DNA from: Podarcis gaigeae | Lineage: Eukaryota | Direction: 5' to 3' (one strand) | Assembly (NCBI GenBank): GCA_964106915.2 | Contig: OZ066918.1 | Length of the DNA: 64,000 nt | Shown: piece by piece, positions 1-10,516 of the stretch | How positions within the stretch are numbered: position 1 is the stretch's first letter | How the letters are laid out: every line of letters begins with the position of its first letter | Notes under the pieces: generated by a model | Database searches by the model: none | Seen by the model: only the letters and a program-made list of their open reading frames with translations | What the model was told of the DNA's origin: nothing | Translations under genes and position numbers: made by a program

Positions 1-198
1 GAATCTTATTAAACACTTGTGCAAATTCCATTTATTTCAGTAAATGTTTAAATCTTTGTGTTCAGTGGCAGAATATCTTTAAACACCAGCTATTAGGGAC
101 AGAAAGCCATTTCATTAATGCTCTCTTTGTGGGCTTCCAGAGGCAATGGAACAGCGGCTACTGAAAACAGACTGCTGGATTACCTGGGACCTGGTCTG

Positions 199-487
199 GG
201 GTCTGTGCACACAGTTTACCTTTGAAGCACATTCTAACTTACATCACAAGGTTGTGGTGAGGATCAAATGAGGAGGAGGAGGACCACGTATGCCAGCTTG
301 AACTCATGGAGAAAAAATGTGGGGCATGAAATGCAATCAATCAATATTCTTTCCCACAAAGAATTCTGGGCAATGTAGTTTACCCACCACAGAGTTACAA
401 TTCCCAGCAATTAACTACAGCACCCAGCATTCTTTGAGGGAAAGTGTGTGCTTCAAATGTGCTCACAGGTATAGTGAGTACACAGCT
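199..487. mobile_element. Palindromic MITE (PIF/Harbinger-like), interrupted by a MIR-like SINE 3' fragment (~238-345)
   Basis: Inverted arms: TTGAAGCACA / TGTGCTTCAA and AAGAATTCTGGGCAATGTAGTT / AACTACAGCACCCAGCATTCTT. The inner segment ACAAGGTTGTGGTGAGGATCAAATGA resembles the MIR/CORE 3' part. Confidence 0.55.
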
Positions 488-545
488 TAACTCCATTTCC
501 AACAGTAGCCTGGTTCCAACAGCAGCAAGGCTGCACCTTTTTATA

Positions 546-650
546 CAGGGGTAGTCAACCTGGTGCTGTTGGACTACATCTCCCATCATCCCTGACCAAG
601 GAGCCACAATGGCTGGGGATGATTAAAGCTGGGAGTAACAACATCCAAAG
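546..650. mobile_element. Degenerate hAT-Charlie-like palindromic MITE
   Basis: CAGGGGTAGTCAACCT terminus and GGACTACATCTCCCATCATCCC...GGGGATGA core, shared with the 1491 and 9947 copies. Confidence 0.55.
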
Positions 651-1490
651 GAATAACATAGTGCGCCATTGCTGCAACATGCACTCCATTTAGTGCTTAA
701 AAGTAGTCATTTGGCTGCTTATAGGTATGTATTTATTTTTTTAAAAAAACCATTTTGGAATAGCAATAAAAATAAAATAAAATGGAATTAGGTTCATAAA
801 CCCTTATAAAGATTGCATTATGCAGCTCTGATGACACTGTCATTTTAGTTTCTAAGCCTGACATTAGCTCCGATTTTTAAAAAAGGAAGAAAGAACTGTC
901 ACACTGTCTTTTACAGATGCTGGATAGTTTGAAAATACAGCTGCTTATATAACCAAAAATGTTAAGTCATCCAGAAGTAGCTTCCTTCCAAAGGGCAGCC
1001 AAGCTTATTAACTAGCAGAAAAGTAAAATAAATAAATGCAACTCCTTCCTATATGAGTTTCCATTTAGCAAAGGGACTCATTAGAATTTGCTTTCTAAAA
1101 CGTTTAGTTCATTGTTCCAAAACAGAGAAAGAATAGAATCTGGGTGGGGCATATGAAGGGAGAAGGAAGGGGAAAACAGGGAGTATTTGCTTGAGGCGTT
1201 GTGTCAGGAAGGCAACACAACGGGGAACACATTAGCAGGTTGTAGTTATTGTCCCAAGCGCAATGAAGTGTAATAGCATGGCAAGGGAGTTGATGAATAA
1301 TGCACGGCAGCAGGACAATTGCCTGCTTTCAGTATAGTGACTGATTCATCAGCATGCATATAAAAGCTACCGTGCAAGTTGGATGAGGTACCATGTGAGG
1401 GTTTCTGCAAATGGTCTGCAAATGTTATGGAGCAGGTGATTTTCTCCATTAGCTGAAAACTGTTTGCTGTGTTCTCAGATGTGTCTATAC

Positions 1491-1626
1491 CAGTGTTTCC
1501 CAAACTTGGGTCTCCAGCTTTTTTTGAACTACAATTCCCATCATCCCCGACCACTGGTCCTGCTAGCTATGGATGATGGGAGATGTAGTCCGAAAACAGA
1601 TGGACACCCAAGTTTGGGAAACACTG
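1491..1626. mobile_element. hAT-Charlie-like palindromic MITE (136 bp)
   Basis: Perfect TIR CAGTGTTTCCCAAACTTGGGT / ACCCAAGTTTGGGAAACACTG and a near-complete hairpin. Flanks GTCTATAC / GTCTACAT resemble the Charlie NTCTAGAN target. Confidence 0.85.
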
Positions 1627-1958
1627 GTCTACATTATGAGTCGCTAACCTGGCACTTGCAGAGACACACCAGGTTGTTTGCCCTTGTGTATTACTATTAC
1701 TATTATTGGAATAGTAGGAACTGCTTTCACCCGTCGAGGAGCTTTTCTGAATGTGCTCAAGCATGTTCCATAGGTGTGATTGAGATGTACTTGCGCAAAG
1801 ACAGGGAGGGAGGTTTATGTGTGGTCTGTGAGAGAAAGGAAATGATACACTTGGGTGGAGAGAGAGGGTTGTTCTGTATGTGTGGGGGGTAGGTGTATTT
1901 GTGAGGTGTATGAATGTGCATGAGAAAGAGAGATGCATGTTTGTGTTTAGCCTGTATA

Positions 1959-2198
1959 ATACCCTCCAACATTTATCTGATGAAAAGAGGGATGTCCTAG
2001 TCAAGAAGAAGAAGAAGAAGAACTTTACTATTTAGATCCCAACCATCTAACTGGGTTGCTCCAGCCACTCCAACATATATAAAAACATAATAAAGCATTA
2101 AACATTAAAATGCTTCCCTATACAGGGCTGTCTTCATATGTATTGGGGGGTTGGATAACTCCATACCCTCCCATATTTCACCGATGAAAATAGGATGT
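1959..2198 (-). mobile_element. Composite: L2 3' tail bracketed by ~36-bp direct repeats
   Basis: ATACCCTCCAACATTTATCTGATGAAAAGAGGGATGT (1959-1995) and ATACCCTCCCATATTTCACCGATGAAAATAGGATGT (2163-2198). The interior is the reverse complement of the L2 tail seen at ~58700 and ~61400. Confidence 0.6.
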
Positions 2199-3433
2199 GT
2201 GCAAGAGAGACTGCACGTGGTATTGAGGGAGTGCAGAAATGACTACACGCTTTCTAATTTTGTCTTATGCCATGGCCCCAACAGCCATGTCACACCCACA
2301 TTGGCAACCATTTTGTGACTGACGCCCACAGTGCTTCTCGGAATTTGAAATCTGCCTGCAGGTCCACAAAGGCTGGCAATCCCTGGTCCACATTTTCAAA
2401 GATTGCACATCAGGGGTTGAACAACCTGCGGTCCTTCCAATGTTGTTGTTCTTGTTGCCATTGGTCATGCCGGCTGAGACTAATAAGATTATGCTGTTTT
2501 CCTGATCTATAGGAAACAGAGTATTTTTAGCAGACTTTGCGACTGGGTCACTTGACTTTGACTTGACTGTCAGTTCCATGAAATTCTTAATAATATAGCT
2601 TTCTAACGTGACCATTTCACATTAACACAGAGAGAGCCCAAAAAGTTTACACTCTTAAGATTTCAAGCAGCACTGTTTTCTGACATTCTTGCAGCCTCAA
2701 AAATTGCCACTTTCTGCCATGGAAAGTTATGTAAATTATATTTAAATAGGCCTTCACAAATCTAAGGCCATCAATTCAAACAGTATTACAGACAGAGACT
2801 GAATATCTCTTCAAACATAATGTCACCTGCCCATATATTGGATGTCTTGGTTAAACAGCTTGAACTGCCTAGAATTGTTTTATTGCATTATTCCTTGCTT
2901 GTTGGACTCTGGCATGATGCCCTTTGATCACTCTAGCTCTCCACTGGGAAATCACACTGTGCAGAGGATCCTGACTCAATGCATTACTTTCAAGGCTTTT
3001 TTCTGCTCCACAATTATATTACTTCAATCTTCTTTATCATATTTTTAAAGATAGATATTAATGAGATAGATTCAGGACACATTTCAGCATTATTAATAGC
3101 ATTAAAGCCTGGTAAGAGGAAATCTTCAAGTAGCCCAGGTATCAGTCAGTGGTACATAAATAGTTGGAACAGCATTTTCTTAACCAAGAAGGATCTAGGA
3201 TAACAGGGTAAGTGAATAAAAATTTTTTACTGAAAGTTTGTTAATAAGTTATAGGAATCTGAAATTTCAAGATATTATTAATCTATATTGCTCTGTTTAA
3301 ATTAATTTGAATGCTTTGTTACTTAATGGGGTTGTTTTCATATGCTTTTAAAAATCTTTTAAATTATTATAATGATTCTTTTTCAAATGTCTCCAGTTCC
3401 AGGATTCTAAACTCAACAACATTGAAGTTTTTT

Positions 3434-3713
3434 GAAGAAGAAGAAGAAGAAGAAGAAGAAGAAGAAGAAGAAGAAGAAGAGGAGTTTGGATTTGATATCC
3501 CGCCTTTCACTCCCTTTAAGGAGTCTCAAAGCGGCTAACATTCTCCTTTCCCTTCCTCCCCCACAACAAACACTCTGTGAGGTGAGTGGGGCTGAGAGAC
3601 TTCAAAGAAGTGTGACTGGCCCAAGGTCACCCAGCAGCTGCATGTGGAGGAGTGGAGACGCAAACCCGGTTCCCCAGATTACGTGACTACCGCTCTTAAC
3701 CACTACACCACAC
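3434..3713 (-). mobile_element. tRNA-derived CORE-SINE (MIR/Ther1-derived, Squam3-like) with expanded (CTT)n tail
   Basis: Minus strand begins GTGTGGTGTAGTGGTTAAGAGC (A box), has CORE-like GCTGGGTGACCTTGGGCCAGTCAC, and a tail read as (GAA)n at 3434-3480. Highly similar to the 43575 and 62903 copies. Confidence 0.85.
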
Positions 3714-4565
3714 ATTGACCTTGTTCTTCAGAATATTTATACATGAAACATGGATGACGGACATAGCACCGAGGCTATTTTCATTGCAAAAGCTGTTATG
3801 GAAAATAAGTGGGCAAACGAGTCTTTTCCAACATGGCATACATACACTGTAGGATAAAATATTCTGAAAGGGGGTGCACTGGCAGGAAGCCATTTTGAAA
3901 TCAGTGGGGATGTTGCTGTTGTTGTTTATAAGTTTCTTGGTGATAAGGAGAAATTGTGAGCTGCAGGTTTCAGTCTCCCGTGGGATCGATTTAGAACGTT
4001 TGCAACCACAACTGTTAAACAAATTATATTATTTTAGAGTGAATCATGAGCTGGAATTTATTTATTTATTGACTGGATTCCTCCTCAAACAGGTAGAATA
4101 AGACCTGAAACACCCTATCTTTCTATCTGCATTTCTGATTGGAAGGAAACCAGGTTATTACCTACCCATCAAAACCCCTTCCAAGGTTATGCCAATGAAG
4201 CCAGCTTAATTATAGGAACATTCTGTGGACTTGATTAAAAAAACATGGCCACATATGGCTAAAAGAGCATTCAGTGCTCAAGGAGGGGGAGGCCAGATAC
4301 TTAATTAGTTTTCAAATGTCACTGCAACAAAACAAAACTCCAAATAACAGCGTAACAAAAACTGGCATGTCCAACGGTGAACCTTTACATTGTGACACTC
4401 TCTGATGCCTCCCCCCCCCAAGTTTATTTGAAGATTCTGCTTCCAAAATTTGAGATTTGTAAGCTTCTCATAGGCGCTGCTTCTGGAAATTTTCGGGGAC
4501 AGGAGAGGATGAAGCAGATGGGAACCAAGGAAGCCCTGTGTATTTAGATTTGGTTATGTATTGCT

Positions 4566-4760
4566 GGCAGTGTGGCACAGTGGCTAAGAGAGTGGTCGAC
4601 AGCAGGAGGAGCCCCCCCCCCCCCAGTCAAAAGACTTCACCTCTGCCACGGACTCACGTAGGTGGCTTTATGTAGGCCTGCCTCTTGCAGTTTGCAACAT
4701 AAGGATATATATACTGATGTGCCTTACATGGTTCTTTTAAGGTGAGTAGCACAAGAAAGT
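4566..4760 (+). mobile_element. Old MIR-like SINE, degenerate
   Basis: GGCAGTGTGGCACAGTGGCTAAGAGAG tRNA-like head and degenerate CORE and 3' similarity. Confidence 0.45.
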
Positions 4761-6904
4761 GTGTAGGAATTGCTTTGATAAACTGCTACATACATGTCTG
4801 GGCATTACTTATTTGTGTAAAACAATTATATGTCGATCTCTGGGAAGCTTACAGTGAGAAGTTAATATATTATAAAATAAAATTTAAAATCAAAGAAAGT
4901 GCAGAACACAGAAGCATTATTCATTAGTGTGGGCTAATGACTATGCATGACCACAGCTGTGTGGAACCACCTCCCCATGACCCTGTTCCATGGACACCCC
5001 CCCATTATAACTTGCCAGTGTGTGGGAGCCATAGATTTCCTTTTTCAGATATATTAGAAATTTTCTTCAATATTGGGACAAGCCATGCTATCAATCTATA
5101 GCCAGGTCCTACATATGTTTCCTTCAAGCCCTATTGAGGTTCAGTGTGACTCACTTTTTAATGGGTGTGCTTAGGATTCCAGCTTTTGTGGAGACAGGGT
5201 TTGAATGCAGCACCTAAAAGGTACAGATAAATTCCAGCGCAACCCCAGATGTGACAAGGATTATGAGCCCCAGATTAGCAAACACGTTTAGTGGCAGATT
5301 TTTATGCAGTCAAAGACCAAAGATTCCCATTGATCCACTGCAGGAAAAGACAGCCTGCTTATATTAACCAATTGTCCAGTTCAGGAGCCATCCGTTTCCA
5401 AAAACAAGCATATTGTACAAGAACGCTGGGAACTCTGGACTGGGCAGGGTGCTTTTCTTACCATCACCCCCTTTAATCACCACCATGGTGGTGGGAGGTA
5501 AGATCTCCCCACCCCTTCCTTCTCAACCCTCTCCCAATATTCCCTACCTCATTTGTGAAATTTCATGGTGGCAGTGAAGTAAATGGGCAGTGTGCCAGCT
5601 GTTATCATGGACTTGCATAGCAGTGCACAAACAAACAAGCCAAGACTACATTACAAATGGTGAATTTTTTAAAGCTTAGACTTTAAACCCTCTCTTCCAC
5701 CGCCTCCTACCGAGATTTATAAAAGCTAAACAAGGAACTCTATGAAATTATTCCTTTAAAAGGCAAAGGTTTTTGAAGAAATGCCATCAGCCATGCCCCT
5801 TTAAAATCAAATTTGCTGCATGGCAAATAAACAAAGAGCCAGCCTGTCTCTTCAATCACAACTACCCTTTCTGGCTGGAAACCCCCAACGTCTTTGCGGC
5901 AGCTTTTATAAATAGATCTTGACCTAGATATCTTGAGAGCAGGAAAGCCCCTTAAAGAGCCAGAGTTAAAAGCATTACCTGCCTGTGGATTAGAGCAGAC
6001 AAGTAATCACGTTTTATACCCAGCAATGACCTTCATCTAATGCAAATGCCACCTTCACTTAGGAAAGTACCTGAGCAAGATAAATAGTGCCGGTAAGCAA
6101 CACATCTAATCCAAAACACAGAGCTCAGCAGATTGAGGAGCCTCATGCAAAAGCCATGCTGTTTATCTATCACTCCTCTTCGGTGCTCAGGAAGATGGAT
6201 GGATATGCTCCTTGGCAAGTTTGCTTCCTAATGCATGTTGAGTTCTTGTCACTGTTAATAAGCCTTAGCTGTATTTGGGGGCAAATTCAGTGCATCTTTA
6301 CTAACAACAAGTCTATCAACAGATGAAAGAGACTTCTGTTGCTTAATTGGTTAAGAGACAGGTGAGTAGTCAACCATGAATCGACTGAACTTAAATAAAT
6401 GTGCATATTATTTCCAATACCTCAAACAGAACTCTTTTTAGGACAAAGGGCATAGAGACGGGAACGGCCGTAGCTAAATGACAGAGCAAAACCTCATGTG
6501 CATTAAGGAAAGTGGTCATTGGGTTAATTCTCATTGGTTGGTAATGCTGACTCATGCCCCACAATGCACCTGGCTGAATCTGGTGGCTTTCTTATCTACG
6601 TTACTGGGCAGATTTGACAAGTAGCTTTGTGTATAAAAAAGATCAAGCGACATCGTGCAGTGTGGGTCATGGTAGGAGAATAAAGGAATTGTTGAAGACT
6701 AGCTGTTGGAGCTACGGATTCATATGCAGATTTTTCTGAAGAGATCACCTGAGAGGAAGCTGGAGAACTGCCAGACTTCAGAACTCAGACTACTCTGTCA
6801 GTTGCAGGACTGGGAGCAACTGGAATTGCTTATGAATTTTGGTTCAGCAAGGACTTTGAAGTACAAAACCCTCTCTGGGACCAGAGAGAGAGGGGGGGGG
6901 CAGG

Positions 6905-6995
6905 CTTGTGTGTAGGCTGAATACACAGTGTGTCAGCCACTTAGGTGAATGGACCAGTGGTATGACTCAGTATCAGTCAGCTTCCTGTGTTCCTA
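6905..6995 (+). mobile_element. 3' fragment of an old tRNA-SINE family
   Basis: GGACCAGTGGTATGACTCAGTATCAGTCAGCTTCCTGTGTTCCTA; related fragments at ~17645-17800, ~27650-27800 and around 38365/38640. Confidence 0.45.
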
Positions 6996-7134
6996 GAATA
7001 CTGAAAGAAGCATAAGATAACTTACAATTTAATACATAAAAATTCCTACTCATTGTTGCTGGTAAAATAAACATCTTATTCATTTCCTATGACAGCCTTC
7101 CACAATCTGGTGCTAACATACACCAACTCCCTTC

Positions 7135-7308
7135 CATAGGAGGCACTCCTAGGGGCCAAGGTCCCTTCACACACACCCCAATAAAATATTGGAGGGAGCT
7201 GCCCCCCAAGTTGATGAGCATTGCCATTCAAATGGGCATGTTATTGATTATGTAGAGAAGGGCTTACCTAGCCCCCTCTCAAATATTTTATTCAAGTTGG
7301 CACCTCTG
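7135..7308. mobile_element. hAT-type MITE nested in an older palindromic MITE (~7092-7400)
   Basis: Imperfect TIR CATAGGAGGCACT / AGTTGGCACCTCTG. The 8-bp TSD CTCCCTTC / CTCCCATC (7/8) duplicates the CTCCCATC core of the host MITE. Confidence 0.7.
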
Positions 7309-7971
7309 CTCCCATCTGCCTCAGTAAATATGGTCAATGGTCAGAGATGATGAGAGCTGCAATCCAATAATATTTGGCTTGAACCAGGTTGGTGACAGCA
7401 ACACACAGTACCAGAACTGTAACAAACAGACACCCTTCTTGTAGTCAAATGTGAGGAAGGTACATAAGTTTCTGCTCTGGAGAGGAGGGAGGTGGGCTGC
7501 TGAATTTCCAAGCAACTCTTCAGCAGAACAGGTGCTGACAATTGGTAAAATACATACATGCAGCAGCAGCAGCAGCAGTACACATGAACCTACATTATAA
7601 GCTGGGAGATAACCCCCAGAAATAGATTAGCTTTTTCTCTGAAGAAAAGTCCGAGAAAGCTTTCATACACAATCAGTGCCACAATCAAGCCAAACAGAGC
7701 TCACCTGCCACTAATAAAAACCTTGTCTAAGCTCATGAAATATCTAGTATGCCAAGTTTTGTGACAGTGTAATGCTCATTCTAATCCAATCCAACCATCC
7801 ATTGAGATAAAAAGGACCATCCTATCATAGCTATTATTTACTAGTTCTCACCCTTTTGGAAAGAACCCCAGTTATTTATTGGCCAAGGTCTCTGTAAAGA
7901 AATGGCTTCTACAATATTATTCTAGTAGTGAAATAAACCTGCTCTGTCCTAAGCATTAGGATTCAAAATGT

Positions 7972-8120
7972 TAGTGTGACTGTACTGAGTGATTAAGAAA
8001 CAGAAGTGTCATATCATACAAAAAGTCAAATATTAAATTTGACTCAAACTGTAATATTTGACTTAATGTATGAAAGGACACCTCTGTCTCTTATAATCAC
8101 ATCAGTTTTAGAGATCACTA
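7972..8120. repeat. Long imperfect inverted repeat (~149-nt hairpin)
   Basis: Core AAGTCAAATATTA / TAATATTTGACTT. Pairing extends through GTGTCATATCATACA / TGTATGAAAGGACAC and GTGATTAAGAAACAGA / TCTGTCTCTTATAATCAC. Confidence 0.85.
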
Positions 8121-8935
8121 GGTAACGTTAGGCAAGCCACTGTTCTTTTGGCCTGACCTCCTTCCTCCCTATATAGGGATTCTAATACTGGCCAACCTTG
8201 CAGGCAGCGTCAAAAAGCCAACTGGAATAATGTATGTAGACCACCCAAGAAAAGTACAAAACAGCAACAGCAGCAACAACAATGACTAATGATGATGACG
8301 CTACCACAGTAGCTCTACATAGGCTGTGGATGTCAAGGAACATAAAGAAGGTCCGAATGGATAATCACGTCCTGCAGCTTTGTTCGCCATTACTTCTTTC
8401 CCATAAACTTAGTAGTGGCAGTGATAGGACTACCTCTGTTACTGAAAGTCCTCTGCTTCTCCTGAAAAGCCCTCAACCTAATTCTTTAGATGTATTTTGC
8501 ATGCAAACTCTTTGCTTTGTTCATCATGTGGAACAAATTATCCTTGCTACCAAATGTCCAGTGTTTACATTCACCGGGATCATTTAGCCACAAGGGGCAC
8601 AGAATCGCTAGGCTTGACCAGTCCATTTCTAGTTATCAGGTGGGGGTCAATCTTCCCAGGCATGTTGAAAGGGGCTTCTTCCCTTTCACCCGTGCATATA
8701 CCTGATTTCTCACTACTAATTTTCCAGGTCACTCCAGAAAACACAGCACTTCAAAAGTCAAGTGTTGCGTGTGAGCTCACAGAGGAGACAGCCAGTCCAA
8801 AGATCAGATGAGGTTAAATGTTGCTGCGAGTATTTGTTCGATAAACTGATAAGGGGCTATAATGATTAGAAGGCTTCACTGGCTAACTAGATACCAGAGA
8901 TTATATACGACAACAAGTCATTTGACATTTCAATA

Positions 8936-9240
8936 GTATCATAGAATTGGAAGGTAACTCCAAGGTAAGTCCAACCTCCTCTGTCAGTGTAGGAAATCCA
9001 CCATCCAAACTCTGCTTAAACTGTCTAATTAAGAAGAGTGCATCACTTCCACTGTCGAACAACTTGCCAGAAAGTTCTTTCCAATGTTTAGTTTAAAACC
9101 CTTTCTCCATGAGATTTGAACCCATTGCTTCAGGTCTTTTCCCTTCTGGAGAAACAGAAAACAAAGCTGCTCCAACATCTGACATCTGAACATCATTCAA
9201 ATATTTGAAGATGGCTAATGTATTTTTTCTCATTTTGTCT
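8936..9240 (-). mobile_element. Old CR1 LINE 3' fragment
   Basis: Colinear, diverged similarity to the CR1 at 34420 (ATCATAGAATTGGAAGG, CCACTGTCGAACA, AGAAAGTTCTTTCCAATGTTTAG). Confidence 0.7.
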
Positions 9241-9946
9241 CCTAAGTGTAATGAAAGGCAAGACTAGCCATAATTTTCCAAGGTAAGCAGTAGCAATCTT
9301 ATACCCATATGTGGATTTCTAGAGGTCACTGCCTAGACTATACTACTTGCAGGAGGGGGAGAATACTGCATTGGATGGCAGTAGAATAAGCTTCACATTA
9401 TATTTGCGGACATCAAATTCATAGAACTGTGACATTCTTTTACTGGTAATAAGCTACGATTTTCAGTAGTAGTTTTCCCCAAAAAATATACTGCATTGCC
9501 ACCTCTATCAAATCGGAAAGTAAACAACTTCCAGTAACCTACCTATAGTTGCATTTGCACGGTTCTCCTCTGGACAAGCAAGGGCAGCGCTCCTTGGCTG
9601 TGACTTTGACACTGAAATCTATGAGCACACACCATTAAGCACTGGAGTCAGTCACAGGCCCATTAAAAATGACTGGAGATGACTAGGCAGCACTTTTTGC
9701 TGGACTGCAAGCTATAATTGATTCTGAATGCAAAATTAGCATCCCAATTTGGTGGGGCTGCTTTGTAAAAGTAAATGTCCAGCTTTCTCTCAAGAAAGTA
9801 ATCCTTTCCAAACTAAATATACAAATAGTATATTTACCAACCTGGGAACAAGCTAACAGTCAAAACTATACCGAAAGTTGGATGATTTTGCTTTGTTCTA
9901 CACCATGAATGCTAGGTAATTTATATGAACAGTTAATTTATATGAA

Positions 9947-10080
9947 CAGTTTTCCAAACTTGGGACTCCAGCTGTTTTTGAACTACAATTCCCATCATCC
10001 CTGACCAATGGACCTGCAAACCAGGGATGATGGGAGTTGTAGTCCAACAACAGCTAGAGACCAAAGTTTGGGAAACACTG
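9947..10080. mobile_element. hAT-Charlie-like palindromic MITE (same family as 1491)
   Basis: CAGTTTTCCAAACTTGGG ... AAGTTTGGGAAACACTG with internal AACTACAATTCCCATCATCCCTG / CAGGGATGATGGGAGTTGTAGT. Confidence 0.85.
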
Positions 10081-10148
10081 AGTTAACAGAAGGGTCCCTA
10101 GTTTTATCAAAGCAGGGTTGAGCTATAACAGCACATTAGCAAAACTGT

Positions 10149-10516
10149 GGCTCAATTCAGACATCATACTCAGCAATAGTTAAGGAAAGTTAACTGTAAT
10201 TTGGTAGTCCCAATATGGTTTGTGATTGCCTGGAAAAGCAGACTGACAAACCTTGCTTTGAAGTTTGTTTGCAACCTCGGTTTGTACTAGTTATGGTTTG
10301 ATGCGATCCCTTGATAAACAAATCATAATTATGCCTATTGTTCAGCCTCCAGAGCCAGCTTCACTTTTGAGATACAAACAAGCTTGCAAATGTAAAAGCT
10401 CTGAGGACAGAAAATAAAAAACACAGAGCAGCTATAAACACTGGTATATTTTTTTTAATATACAACAAACTATAGTTAGTAGAAACCATGGCTTGGCCTG
10501 ATGTTTGAACTGAGGC
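10149..10516. mobile_element. PIF/Harbinger-like MITE, degenerate
   Basis: Inverted ends GGCTCAATTCAGACATCA / TGATGTTTGAACTGAGGC and repeated TGGTTTG / AAACCA motifs. Confidence 0.45.

Noticed and set aside
2979-3430. AT-rich segment faintly resembling an L1 C-terminus
   Set aside because: Similarity too weak to call without an HMM search.
3311-3686. Poly-E and poly-K ORFs, and similar MDLIS..RSLK.ANILLSLPPPQQ ORFs at 43581 and 62892
   Set aside because: They are antisense readings of a SINE and its (CTT)n tail, not a gene family.
8282-8811. Overlapping ORFs of about 70-100 aa
   Set aside because: No recognisable domain or convincing splice signals; length is within chance expectation.
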